A DNA stretch of 64,000 nucleotides from Azolla caroliniana (Eukaryota; Plantae; Polypodiophyta): the NCBI GenBank assembly GCA_043228905.1, contig JBHGNT010000016.1:7068001-7132000 (forward strand), read 5' to 3'. Shown here in pieces: positions 47,998 through 62,201 of this stretch. The notes beneath the pieces were generated by a model, which did no database searches, was not told the DNA's origin, and worked only from the letters and a program-made list of their open reading frames with translations. Position numbers and translations under genes: made by a program. Position 1 is the first letter of the stretch. Each line of letters opens with the position of its first letter.

Positions 47998-50900
47998 CTA
48001 GCTCTTTGAAGATTTCAACATTTTTTTGTCCTTAGTACTATCAATTATACTAGATCTCCTAGAGAAGGTAAACGCGAAATCATCATCGATTACATACTTT
48101 TCTTTTACAAATGGGCTTGAATCAAGAGAAACAGACTCATCGATGCTCTCCACCACCACTTCACCCTCCAATGTTGGGTTTTCTTCGGGAATCTCATGAT
48201 AAAGATGTTTGATTATGAAAAGTGCTGTGTCCAAATCTAGCCAATAGGACCTGGCAGACATACATACATTACATACATCACGTGTTAACAAATATGTTAA
48301 AAAAGTTGTGAATTACAGGATATAGTGCAGAATAAATATTAATACTAATACATTCCATATAGCATAGTCACTTAATGCGAGAACTTATAGCGTAGTTACA
48401 TACAAACATACATACCTGGTGTGTTAACAAAAATGTTAAAAGAGCTGTGAAATACAGGACATAGCACAAAAGAATATCAATACGAACATATCGCAAAAAG
48501 CTTAGTTACTTACGTGTGAGAACTTATAGCTTGAAGGTACGAATGTTCAAATGTTGCATCCTGTATTCAGACATATTGACATTAGGTTCATCTAAATTCC
48601 AACCCATAGAAATATAGTGTACAGTTTTAGCCAGAATAAGATTGGCCTGGTGGTCTGGTCTATAACATCTAGCTCAGGAGTTTAATTCCTGACCTGTTGG
48701 TGCCACAAATGCACCCATTTAAGGCTTGCCATAATTTGACATTCACATAAACACACAAATACACTAATAAGGGGGTTAGTTAAAAGCTAGAGTAGAGATT
48801 TAAAATTACAATTCTCATTAGCATATATTTAACCACTGGGAGTGTGTCTCTCATATGCAGGTTTTAAGTTATCATTTATATCAGACCTGTAGCATAAAGT
48901 CGATCCGGCCATCAAGGTCTCCAGTAAGCTTCTCAATCATCAAAGATCCATATGTCCTTGGTTTCTTCACATCCACGTCTTCTTCTGCGCCTGTATGTAC
49001 TAATTCTTCTTGATTAAAACAAAAGTTCATTCTAAGAAACAAATCATTTATGCTCTTCCAATCAAATGAAATATTTTGATACCTTTATTATCTGTCACCG
49101 AAAATGCCTTTACGACTCGTTCCTGTATCAAAAACAGAGAAACCGGTATTAAAGAAAGAGTACATTAGCTCTTTAGGCTTTAAAGCAAGAAAGCATTCTT
49201 TTCATCAATGAACCAGTTCTTATTTATCAAAAGGAGAATATGGTTTTACAAATAAATTTCCATCTGTATAACATTATTTTCCCCCAACAGTCGTCAATAT
49301 GGTTATAAATTTTAGAACATATCCCTCCATTTGTAACTTTGTTGAGAATTTGCTTTACCTCAAAACAATTGGCAGAATGGTTTAGATACATATATCCCTG
49401 CATTAACTTTGTAAATAAGAAAAAAAGTACATTTATTGTACCCGAACTACTGACAATGACTGCACAAAAGCTCTGGATCGTGCAGAAAAATCCTTTCCAA
49501 ATTCCTGCAACGCACCTTGACTGAGGTCCAAATATAAAAAAGAAAAGAAATGTACTCGTATGTAATGAAATTACCTGCACACCAATGTGTAGACGTCTCC
49601 CTCCTCTATGGTAAGGCACAAATTCTGGTTGCATATACATATACTCCTTACAAACAAGAGGTTCAATCCTTGCATTTTTGCAATTGTAAAAATATTCAGA
49701 TTCCAATTTCAAGAATTAGCACAAGTAATTATTGATGAGCTAATTGGTGCCCTTAAAAAATGAAGTAAAAAAGCAAAACATGAAAACCCTATATATACTA
49801 ATCAAGTTAATTCAGATATCTCCATCAATAAACTCAAAAGTGGAAATCAGCAGAAAGGAGTGCTACATAACATCAAGAAGATCAAACAAAATAGGGAAAA
49901 AATGCAAGAATTGAAGAAATGAAGGGATAATATGATTCTATAGGAAGAATGAGAATATGAAAAGTGAACAAACCTAAAGCAAATATACCCTCTAAAAATG
50001 CAAAGTGAAGAATTATCAGTACTATCAATTTCATAAGATAATGAGTAGGCAAGTCCCTGAAAAATAAATTAGGCTTGGGATCTCGTACTGACGAAAGCTA
50101 GATCTTGGCTTTCTTGCATCTTGAATCTAACATGATTCTCCATTAAAATACAGCACTATACATTCAAACTATATCATGAAATTGAATTGTCATCTACAGA
50201 TCAATGTTTACCGATATGCAACAGGGTCATATGGATGAAAGATATTGAACATTCTCTTGCATGCTGGCAACTCTTCATCAATGTCATCATCTTGCCAATA
50301 GTCTTGTCCTTTGCCTAAATCAGGCCTTATTAGATTTAATACAAATACTCATTCAGGAATAAATAGACAAAATAAGAGCAAAATAAAGTAAGGACATTAC
50401 CGATTCCCAGCCTGACATTCCTCAAAGACAAGAACACCCCAAGGGGGGAACCTACAGCAAAGAAAGTATCTACCTGCATACAAATCAAATACAGAACAAT
50501 TAAGAACTATAGTCTCATCAATAAGAGAACTTAGGAGGAACGGTAATACCTCGAAAGCAAGCTTAGTATACTCAATATAGGGAGTATATCTCTTCCTAGA
50601 CATACAACTCGTCTTCAAAACACTCCCAGATGGACTGGAGGATTCTGAATTCTCAGGTACTGAAGCTTTAGAATCATCCAAAGAAGATTTTGACCAATGT
50701 TTTTTATCGTGAGAGGTCTCAGGAGAAAGCTCAACTGTGTATAGTGTCGAATCTTTTTCAAAATGCTCTTTATTATGCTCATCCATTGAATCTTCATGTA
50801 TTCCCTCTAGACTAGCAGTCATTTGGTCGCCTTCTATCTCTCTCTTAGAGGGCTCTTCTGTATTATCCTTGATATCTCCCCCTGAGATTTTATAACTTTC

Positions 50901-53900
50901 ATCTTCTGAACCTTGAATGAGTTCATCTTTCCCACTTGACTTCTCTATTTCTTCTTTATCCCTGGTTTCTTCTGATGAGTTTTTAGAACTTTCATCATCA
51001 TGAATGCTTTCAGCAGTGAGTTGTTTACTTGATTGATGGGCCTCCTCCAGAGATACAATTTTTTGCTTCAATATTTCCATCTTTGTTGCACAGAAAAAAA
51101 GTAAACCAGTCCTAAGGTTACATGTTTATATTGGATTAAAATTAAATGCACGACATTTTTTGCTGTTCAAAAATTAAATTAAAGAGTTTAAGAATAGACA
51201 CATCTGAATCCGTTTTTACTGTTCTTAGAACACAAGACAATAGATCTACTTCCAACTTCATATGTCTTCAATTTTATAATACACGAACGTGTAAAACAAA
51301 CTCACTTCTGGCTATTAGATATTTTCTTGGCAAATAGGAGAACTGTCTCAATTCCTGAATATTTGAATGGAAAAAGCAGTGACAAGGTTAAACCCCACGA
51401 GAATTCCCTTATCTATTGAATAGGGTTCTTGTTACTTGATCAGGTCGCGTCAAACTCAATTTTTTTAGCTAGTATTAATGACTCTTCAAATTGGTCTCGA
51501 CTATCAAGTTTGTGGCCACTATTATACCGTACTAGCTGCTGTTTTATTGAGTTTGCTTCACTAATAGGTTAGTGATTCGGCTGCTGTTTTATTGAGTTTG
51601 CTTCACTAATAGGTTAGTGATTCGACTTCGACCGATATGGCAATGTGTGGTGTTTGCATGCCAAACCTTAAGAGAAAAGAAATGAGCAATAGCTTCTCAA
51701 TATGGATAGCAACAGCATACATCTTAAGATGACAAAACGCTTTTCCAATTTTAATGTTTCAGCAAAAATACAGGATCCTTTTAAGGGGAGTTTATGTCAA
51801 TACACAACAATCCATAGGCACTATGAGAGTGAATGAGTTTGACAAGCTTCCAATTCACTAATCACCAGAGTTCCTATGATCCTAAAGTGCTAGATTCCAT
51901 TTTAGTGACACCATTCCCAGAGGTTTTAGAATTGACCAACAAGTATCTTGCACGGGGGTTCATCAGCTTTAGTTTGATCTAAGGTCAATTAAGTGCTTCT
52001 AGAGATAGCATGGGGAAGCGTAAGGTGAACAATCTTAACCAAAATGCCGGATTGGAAGAAGAAATGTGAAGTAGTGTATGGAGTGAATCTAGAGCACTAC
52101 AGAAACTGTCTTTGCTGTATATTCATGCATCAACCTTGTTTTAGTGCAAATTATTGTTCACAGCCTCAAGAAGGAACACATGCAAAACCTCTAAAGATCC
52201 TCCTTTCAAGCTATCAAATAGAGCTCCATGTTATACTGTAATGTGCATACACACATAGTGTATGTACTGTTTTCTCTGAACTAGGGACAGTCCTGAGAGA
52301 ATAAGGCCAAGGATCAACCTTGTATTAGAGCCAATTATGGTTTTCAGCCTCAAGATAGAGCACATACAATCTTATACTGAAATCTCTTCACCTCCAAAGA
52401 TCCTCCTTTCAAGCTATCAAATAGAGCTCCATGTTATACTGTAATGTGAATAAACATGTATGTAGTGCTTTCTCTGATCTGGGGCTTTCTGAGAGAATAA
52501 CCATGTAATGTAATGCGAATAAGCATGTAGTGTAGTGTCTTCTCTGATCTGGGGCATTCTTCTGAGAGAATAAGGCCAAGCATATCCGTTTCATACATAA
52601 GCCAATGTTTGCTGAGCCATCGAAACATATGGTTCCTTGAACACAAGTCAGTCAGAAAATTCTCCACTCCAACAGTAAACTACTATATAGATAGAGATTC
52701 TCTCTTAGTTCTATCATCCTTCCATATTATAGTTGATCTCGTATAGTTTCATCATGTCAACTTCCATATTGAAGTAAAATTATCTTAAATAAACTCTGAG
52801 ATATTGAGCCTACAAAACATTGCTACATAACCGGAGAATGAAACATAATGTAATACTAGTCAAGATATGTGTCTTGCAACAAGATTAAAAAACCATGCAA
52901 CACAAAAATCAAGTAGTACCTGATTTCTTAAGCTTTCAAGAGAGTCCACAGACATTTCTTTAGTTTCAATAGTTGTTTTAGATATTTCCTCATTCATCTG
53001 ATTCAAGTTTAGAGAATGTACTTCGCTGGTTTGGATATCTCCATTTATCTGGCCTATAGGTGCAGTTGCAATTAATTTGCTTTGATGGCAAAGGATATCA
53101 TATGCCAGGACACTCCCTAAAGAATGCCCATAAAGGGAAACCTACAATACAAGGGAAAAACTATGATGAGAATAAAACTCATGGAAGACCACTTACTCTT
53201 ATGATATGTAACAGAAAAAGTACCTTTTATTAATTTGAAATGAAAGATCTGACAAAATATCATATTAATGTTTTATTTTATCAAAGATCTACATTTGGAA
53301 TAATCACATAGTACAAACGACATATGATGATAATGAATCTTATTGCTAATCGAATAAACAATAACGATAGCATGAACAAAGGATTCAACTGATGACCCTC
53401 ATAGGAAGATCACCAACATTTTATTACCTTGCCATCATAGCCCGGATTCCGTTTAATGAATTTCTGGTAAAGCCTATTCAGTTGCCCACATACCTGTTGC
53501 AATGATCAAAGAAACTAAATCTCTGAAAAAAAATATTACAAAACAAAAGTAACAAATGCAAGGAAAAAGTCCCACAGCTGAGTGCAAAATCCCACAGCAA
53601 AACTCAAAATACACAAGAAATAAAGAAAAAACAGATGCCAAGAGTTCAAATATATGTCTTACTGAATCATTGATTTCTTGACAATATACAGGACTCATGT
53701 AGTATAATACATCATGTACAGTGGCACTAAGCATGGTTCGCAGTGCCCTAACACCTTCCAGAGTACAGTTCTCAACAGCCTCTTCGCCTGCAAGTTTAAG
53801 ACCCCTCCGCCACTGCAAATCAACCATAGCTGGGCCTCCTCAGAAATCCTGAGGCTTCATTTATAAATAGTTCACTTTGTTTTAAATCAGTAAAATATTA

Positions 53901-56900
53901 GTTGAGCTTAACAATAAAAAAGTCATTTCATCCTTTATGGCACTATCGAACTACAAGGCATTTATCTAGCATCCCAACAAGGACTATTCTTTGGAATGTT
54001 GGCTTTTCTAGTGGAACATAGTTTCTATTATTTCCACAGTTCACTAGCCACAGTAATGATATCTATAACCAATCAAAATTTTTAAAAAACATATCCATCA
54101 AGCAAGACACCACAGGTTTGAGAATCAAACTTCCAGAAAGTATCAACAATGCACGGCACTTGGTAAACATTCTAGAGGTAAACTAAAATGAGTAAGACGG
54201 GAGTGTTAGGACAACCTACCTGACATGGAATAAATAAAACACGCTGGCTATTTCTCTGATGGGTAGTCAGATGCTGTTCAGCAAGAAGCGCTGTGATACG
54301 TCGGAAGTTACCGACATCGTCCACAAGGTTTGCATTCTCAAGTCTTTGCCCTATCCCATGTACCATGAACACGAGATGCCGAACAGGAACCTTTATATTT
54401 CATAACATTCAAGTTTAAACTGTAACTATAAGAAAAGGTTGAGAATTTCATATTTCTCATTAGAAATACATTACTGTCACTGCCTCTCAGAAATATATAC
54501 AAATACTGCAAATATTTAAATGCGAATGAATTACCTGTGAACAATAATCATCCATCTCTTCCTCCTTTCGTTGTTGAAGCTCATCCTGAAAATGAATTGA
54601 AAATCCAACTGTTTTATTGCAGTGATGCATTATATAGAGCACATAGATATTTTTCTCTATAAGAGAATATTCAGGTCCATCATGTACAGAGATTATATTA
54701 TATGCCAATATTTTATTTATCTTTTACATATATTCTTCAGATATATCCACAATTCACAATCTCAAGATATTCAATAATTTGGGCCACAATTATGTACTAA
54801 AAAATATATGATCCAATTTTGGTTTCACATCTGGTAAATAGGTAGAAAACCTCTTTACAATTATAACAACATTACATCCCTAGATCCCTTTTATCAACAC
54901 CCAGAAACAAATTCCCCTAGATAAAAATACCAATGATATTTTGAACTAATTTGTTCGTGCAACAAAAGTAACACCAAGCTTTGCATATGCAATGGGTACA
55001 TCACCCATGCTTACTTTCTTCAGGGTAAAAATTTGCACCTGTGTTGGTTGTGGTGATTCAGATGGTGCAAAACCACGTCTTAACTTGACACCCACTCCCC
55101 TGAGACCAAGTACTGATGAGATACCAGATGCATCCACGTGTAACCATGCCTCCCAGGAATCATCTTCGCCAGTAAATAAGGCATGTAGGCCCTAATCCGC
55201 ATACACAAATGCAATGTGAGGACAGCTGTAATATCTTACAGGAAGAAATAAGAAATCATGAAAAACAAGACGAAGATCTGTCTAACCAGCAATATACCAG
55301 CGAAGGTTCAGGAATAGATCAGTTAATTGACACTAAATTGTAATATAAAGTTTTTTAAGCAAATGATAGAAAGGTTGTCCTTATTTGACTATATTTTGCC
55401 TTGCTAGGGACAGGGCATTATGAGATTATTTTAAGCATATGGTAGAAAGGCCTTGTTTTAATATACTTTATCTTGCTAGGGACATGGCACTAATCTCATA
55501 AACTGCCTTTTTTTGTATCAGGAGCCCATCTTGGTGGAGATAAAAAATAAAAATAAATGGATATCCTTTTTTTAAGACAATATACAATACAAAACAAACT
55601 GAGCTCTACCATCTAGAAAATACTTAAACACATACAAGTAGGCACACGGTCAGATTCATTAACAAGGTCAACCTGGCTATGGTCAACCTCAGACAATCGA
55701 TAAAATTGACAACACATGCTGCTTGACAGCACTTTAGGAACTTGGTGGAGATAAAATATAAAAGATAAATGGAAATCCTTTTTTTAAGACAATATACAAT
55801 AAAAGACTAACTGAGCTATACCATCTAGAAAATACTTAACACACATAAAAGCAGACAAACGGTCAGATCCTTTAACAAGGTCAACTTGGCTGTCATCAAT
55901 CTCACAAACAATCCATAAAATTGACAATGCATGCTGCTTGACAACACTTTTGGAATTAATGGGAAAAACGAAGTACTCTTTCACTATTTCCTTGAGTGTC
56001 TCCTAAAAAACACACTCACAGTTCACGTCAATGCATGAACTAGAGCACTAAATGTATGGATATCTCTGGGATGGTGTAAAAGTATGCAATGCTTATGAGA
56101 TGGCTGTGGTTTGATCCTCTCAATTGATGCATGAGGCGATAGACATTAAAAAAATGTAGAGGTTAAATAAGTCCAAGATGGCCTTTGAGACACCACACAA
56201 TGTGACAGTTGGACATGTCTCATCTATGAGACCAACATAAGAAAGAAAGAAAGATATATTAACGTCTTTTAAGAGGCCAAAATGGCCTATAAGACCAAAC
56301 AAGAGATTACATCTTAAGTGTTGTCTTGTCTTTGAGAACAAATAAAAAAAATAAGTAAATAATATTCCGTAAATATAAAAGTATATAAGATAAAAAGAGA
56401 CGAGGGAATCTGGTTTTCAGCACATGTGAGATTGTCAAGTTAGATATGTTGTAGCTTTTGTCTTCGAAAGATCTCTAGCATAGGTCGATCTAGAATGGAA
56501 ATGTCTCCGACACGAGGGAAGCACCTACAATGGCAGGAGATAATGGCTTTTATCTGTCGATGCCAAGGGTGTCAAGGTCGTGGTCCATGGGGCTGGGGCC
56601 TACGCGCACGGCAAATTGCCATTGCCCAATCAATTGTAACCCTTTTGTTATGTCATGGTCAGGACCCCATTTGTGTATCTCGTGATTGACTTGTAGCATT
56701 AGTAGGAGTGATGGGGCTAAAGAAAGTTGTGATTATTCTTTGTGAATGAGCTTGTGTGGCTGTATTCTTCAACAACTTTTCCCGATGTCTCTTGAGCTCT
56801 AGCAAGAAAAGTCGTAGGCACCGTTGGTCCTCATATTCCATTACCTTGCATAGTGGGCCAAAGCCTTGTTTAAAGAGACAATGGTATCTCCCTCTGATTT

Positions 56901-59900
56901 CATAAAAGACACTACAGTGACAAACATAGTGTTCTTCGGATTCCACTCCTTGATGACACAATTGGCAATTTCTCTCTTCTAGAGGTAGTCGTGTATATCT
57001 GCCTACCTCAATCTATAATTGATGTGATGAAGTTCACAGCTGCCCTATCATACTACGCAACGCATAGGATAGATGTATGTCCATAAAAGGTGGCCTGATA
57101 ATGAATCCATCTTCTGATGTGTGTAAGAAGTGTGTCTTATAGTGGGCCATCTTTGTACCAAGTGGTATTTTGGGGCTGATTCATGTTATCTTGTTTTCCA
57201 AGTTAATAATATCAATTCGGATCACTCTATCCTTTTCCACTTTGGTCATATTTAAATGGGGACAGTCCAACCTATATTGGAATGGGGGTAGTGCATTTAT
57301 ACTCATGCCATGTGACTCAAACCATTGCTACATTTCAGCATACCAACAATGAATGTCTCCATTTTCAGCCAGTTGTCTTGATGACATAAGTGCCAACCTT
57401 GGGTACTTCGTTTAGGGAGCTCCCAAAGACGTAGGATAAATGTCATTGATCGGAACAATGCCTCGCTGATTATAGGTGCTGCTCCCATCTCTGCCCAGAT
57501 TATATCGTGGGGCACCGATGCTTTGCTCCTTATCATGCGAGCAACCATTGACACCAAAGGTCTCTCTAAATCTTTCCAATGATTTGCCTTGATAAGACTT
57601 GGTCCCCATATTTCTACTCCATAAGAAATGAAATGAAATTTTACTACTCAAAGTCTCCATTTACAAGAGTTAATGAGGGCAATATCTTTTCAATGGAACT
57701 CTAAAGATAGCAACTTGCATTCCGGTATTTCCATCCTTCACTAAGCTATGCATGTCTCAAGACCATTCTCCGTTTATGAAGACAAGACATGGTCCTTACT
57801 GCATAGGGATGGATCATTACAGACCCTAGATGGGATTTTAAGCTACCTTCCTGATGTCATAAATCGCCAACTGAAGAATGCCACAAATTTCTCCAAACAA
57901 ATGAGAACTAGGAGGTGGACACTAGTACTTCAGCTATCAGAATAGTTCAAGAAAAAAATAGAGATGTTGGTGTCATTTGCCAAACCTCAACAGAACTTTG
58001 CAAATTAACCCTTGCAGCAAATTTTCCAGATGGCTGGAAAGTTCGCCTATGCCAGATCTGTAAGAAAATCATAAACAGACTATTATTTACACTAGAGAGT
58101 CAAGAATAACCAACGAACTAGATAATTTGAACAACAAAAACCTTGCTCCGATAAGCAAATTCCAGCTGCTCAGACACATCTTCCCGTAGAGGTAGCCAAT
58201 CAAGCCCACCCTTTTGAGCAAACCAGTGCCCACGTAACACACGCCTATGATCACCAGTCCAGTAGATAGGGTAGCAACGCCTTTTATGTAAGTCGACCTA
58301 TTTCAAAAGAAAAGTTACCATGAAGATATGCTCTAGTGTCATCAAACCAGGCATAAACAAATTTCTTAGTTTAAAATTTCCTGCAGGAAGTTCCAATTTA
58401 CTTTGATTCGTTCATATATGATTATTGTTAGTCTGGACACTGAAGATATGACAAAACTAAGTAGAGAAGTTTCTAGGCCTTGAGTATCATCCCATACTAC
58501 AGCAGGAACGAGTGCAAGATGTACATTTGATAATATAAATGCTAACATAGGTAACAATGTAGGCTCCCATGATTAACCATAACATTGCATTCACATTTCA
58601 TCATTGAGCTCAATGATGAATGATGTGACTCATACTGTTATGAAGCCAAAAACAAATTTAAAGGTTTGAAGAACAATACTATCACTGTCATCTTATACAC
58701 CTCACAATCTAAAGATATGCATGAAGTGCCTAAAGAGCAGTATTTATGTAGCCAGTTGAAATTGGTTTTTAAAATATATCCATCATCTACAGAAGCAATT
58801 ACAAGACATTACATGCAAAACATATTGCCATGAGTTGCCCCTTATTTGCAAAGTATCAATGAATCAACTTTATTGTTTACTGGTTTTGAGGCTTTGTGCA
58901 TTATACTTTCCAAATGAGACCTCAAAAAACAATGTGTTGCCCTCTAAGAGGCAGATAATGCTAATGAGTTCATAATATCAATGCAAGTCTAACTAAATTA
59001 TAAAACGCATCTAATATCACACAAACACAGAAAAAAAGAAATAGAAAGATACTTCATAGAGACCCCCTTTGACTAGGACTCCAATTATCTCATCATTCTC
59101 ATACAGTTGTTCAAAGCCACCCAGTTGCTTAGTTTTGGCATCTGTAGCAGAAGCTTGCAAATGCTCCAAATCTGTAACTTTGGTTGAATCATCGGTAGAA
59201 CTGGTTTGTCGTTCCTTCGTAGTAGATCCTATAGGGCCTTCACTACATTCAGCATACTCTTTCCACCATGCTGAGACCAGTTCTTCTTCTTGCTGCAAGA
59301 TGGAAAAGAAAAATTAAATCAATTATGGATAGGAATTGGAAGATAACGCTTCTATCATTGTAAATACCGAATGGATTCTCAATCTCTATTCTTGGATTAC
59401 CCATATTATTTACATCCAAGCTTTATACAATTTAATTGTGGTTTAATTGGAACTGCTAGTACAGGTTTGACAATAATGACGAAGAGGTACCCTCAAAAAT
59501 GCAGCCTCCAATGTGAGAGAGTCATTGACACTAAATCGAAGAAAGTCACCTTTTGCAACGACCTCTGTTGCAGGACTTGATGCAGCTACATCTGTTTCCA
59601 TTATAATAAAATTTTAAATTTGCAACATAAAGTTGATCGCAGCTTCTTCTTGAGACATATTACTAGCAGCATACAAATTCAACAATACAAGATATACAAG
59701 TTTATACATAGTTACATTACATGTATTTCAGGTCATCTTTAGCAGGACATGAGTTAAACTGGACTCTTGATGAAGTTTTGAGTTCTTCATTTTCCCCATC
59801 CACGCTTTCATAATCATTGATTTTGGCGAGAAGGTTTAATCCTTGATACACTCACCAACCTTTTTCCTCATCAAACTTTTGATCACTTTTTTCTTCACTC

Positions 59901-61812
59901 ATTCTCCTGCTTGACATTGTATTCATCACCCCTGTTCAATGTTGTTTCTCTTCAATGTGAAAGCTTTTCAAGATACCTGAATGGCAATGGGTTTCTGGTA
60001 GGTTTTTATCTAGACAAGGACACCCAACTGATCGACTGTATCCATGGCATGCACATGTGTTGGGCTGACCAATTTTGTTAGTAATGTTTATGTTGATAAT
60101 CGATGACCAACTGTCTGCCCTTGTTTGTGCTATAGCCAAGCACACATACATAACGGGCTAACTATTATTTTTATCTTCATGGGTAATAATTCACAACCAT
60201 TCAATTACATCTTTATGCTATTTTTCTACCATGATGCAGAATCACTATGAACAAAACATCTCAAATAGTTACTAGAGTATTGCGTTCAAGATACCACCAG
60301 CATGTTACTATTGGACCTGAGTTTGTATTGTAGCTATATCTATGTGGATGATTACCATGATAACCTTCGGAATGAGTTTTATATATAATCAACAATTATA
60401 GGCAAATGCTAGGGTTGCATATGACAACATGGTATCTTGTAATCTCAACAACTTTTTGCATGTCCACTATTATAGAAAGAAGGAATATACACAAATGTGC
60501 ATGGGTGGGAAGCTTTTCCACACATCCATTGAGAGGGCTTATAAAAGTTTCTCGTGATTATGTTTGAATGTACATTACAGGTTTACAGGGAGTTGTTTTA
60601 AAAATGAAGAACAGTTGTCAACCTACATCCTTTCATGTAATCTGAATGCATCAGCTTTTACTAGGTATAGACCATAAGTTTATTCATCAATTTTCATGCA
60701 TTATCATTAATTCATAATGAAGTAATGATCAATCACAGTGCTCAGCTCTGCTCTCACTCACAGGTTGTGCAGGATGGCCTAAACATTCTCTCCCTATTCA
60801 GAATAGTTAAGAGATCTAAATCAAGTTTGTGCAAAATGTTTTCATAGTGTATCCATCACTAAGAGTAACGAAAATCTACAGGATCTAGCAGAAATCCAAT
60901 AATTTGGATATTGAACAGGAGTGTCTTTCAGGAAAAAAGAGCTTACAATCTTCTTTCTCTGTAACATCTCCATTATGGAAAATCCACCAATTCTCATCAC
61001 ATGCATTATAAAGTTTAATTTTGTCGACTGATATTGGAGAAGCATGTGAGTTTTGTAAACATGACTTAGAGAAACTCGGAAATGTTTGCAAGTGGCGACT
61101 AAATTTACCAATGAGTGTTTTATAAAAAAAGGTACATTGTTACAAGAAGATTGTTATCACAAATATGTATCGATGAAAACAATTTGTATCTCCAAAAAAG
61201 AGGAAGAACATGCCAATTTTATAAATGGGTCATTTCATCAATTGTGTAAATGGTCAAAATTGGTCTACGAAAATGGGCATCAAGAAAACTATTTTATCTC
61301 CAAAGGAGGAGAGAACTCTCTTCTGGGTCATTTCATCAATATAATTCGACAAATGGGTTTATAACTAAGGAAGGGTTTTTCAATCACACATGGGTAATCA
61401 AAGAAGAAAAAACTAAAACTTATCTTCAGAAGGAGAACGGGTGTTCACTAAACGTGAACAGTTTTCTTGTTAAATCCCAGCAAATGACCATATCTATAAA
61501 GTGGGTTATAACAAGAATGTTATAATGATAAAGAAGAAGAAGCATTTCCTTCACAAAGAAGGGAATTAGTTTCTTAAGATGAAATTTTCAATTTTTTTTA
61601 TTTTTTATTTTTGAAACGAACTAACCTTCAACAGAGAGAGATCCTTTGCTAAAATACCATCGAATCTCTTCACCATCAGATGGGCTAGCAGTATTGGTTC
61701 TGTATTTCTGATGACCCTCACCATGAGAGAGAAGATGAGCACGAGAAACTTGGAAACTTGAAGAAGCTTTCCCAGAAGAAGAAGAAGAAGAAGAGGAAGA
61801 GGAAGAATCCAT
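47998..61812 (-). CDS. SGR2: SGR2-like DDHD-domain phospholipase A1 (~958 aa, 20 exons: 61626-61812, 59491-59591, 59053-59292, 58142-58297, 57986-58057, 55039-55191, 54535-54585, 54220-54390, 53663-53812, 53428-53493, 52920-53141, 50550-51080, 50401-50473, 50212-50314, 49575-49668, 49442-49504, 49083-49122, 48887-48990, 48514-48560, 47998-48250)
   Basis: [31 protein letters not shown], lipase motif GHSLG, DDHD motifs [29 protein letters not shown]; GT-AG introns with consistent phases. Confidence 0.93.
55530..55955. repeat. Diverged tandem duplication of ~210 bp in SGR2 intron 5
   Basis: CTTGGTGGAGATAAAA...CATGCTGCTTGACA.CACTTT.GGAA present twice. Confidence 0.85.
56659..57630 (-). mobile_element. 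Degenerate RTEX/RTE-like LINE 3' fragment in SGR2 intron 5
   Basis: [16 protein letters not shown]; [16 protein letters not shown] knuckle; homologous to 1600-2410. Confidence 0.75.
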
Positions 61813-62201
61813 GGTGGTGAACAATCAAGAGAGAAAGACAACACAAATCCTTTCTGTCAAAATTGTCTATGTGGTGGGGGGGGAGCATCATGCCTGCATC
61901 ATTTCTAATTATGCCTTGTGAGAACTATACGTGTCATAAAGAGCCCCTCGCACTTTTCTCTTTCAAACCCAAAATGTATATGCTATCACTATGCATATCA
62001 CATACATATGTTTAAAACATATAAACAAAAAAACATTCCTTTCACATGAGAATAGAGAGACAGAGAGAGACAAACAAACAAACAAAACACACATATATTA
62101 ACATCTTCTAAAGACCAAAATTTGGTCCATGAAATATGTATTTGTGGAAAGCAAGATTTGAACCTTGCACCTCCAAAGCATAAAGCATTGTATTTACTAA
62201 G

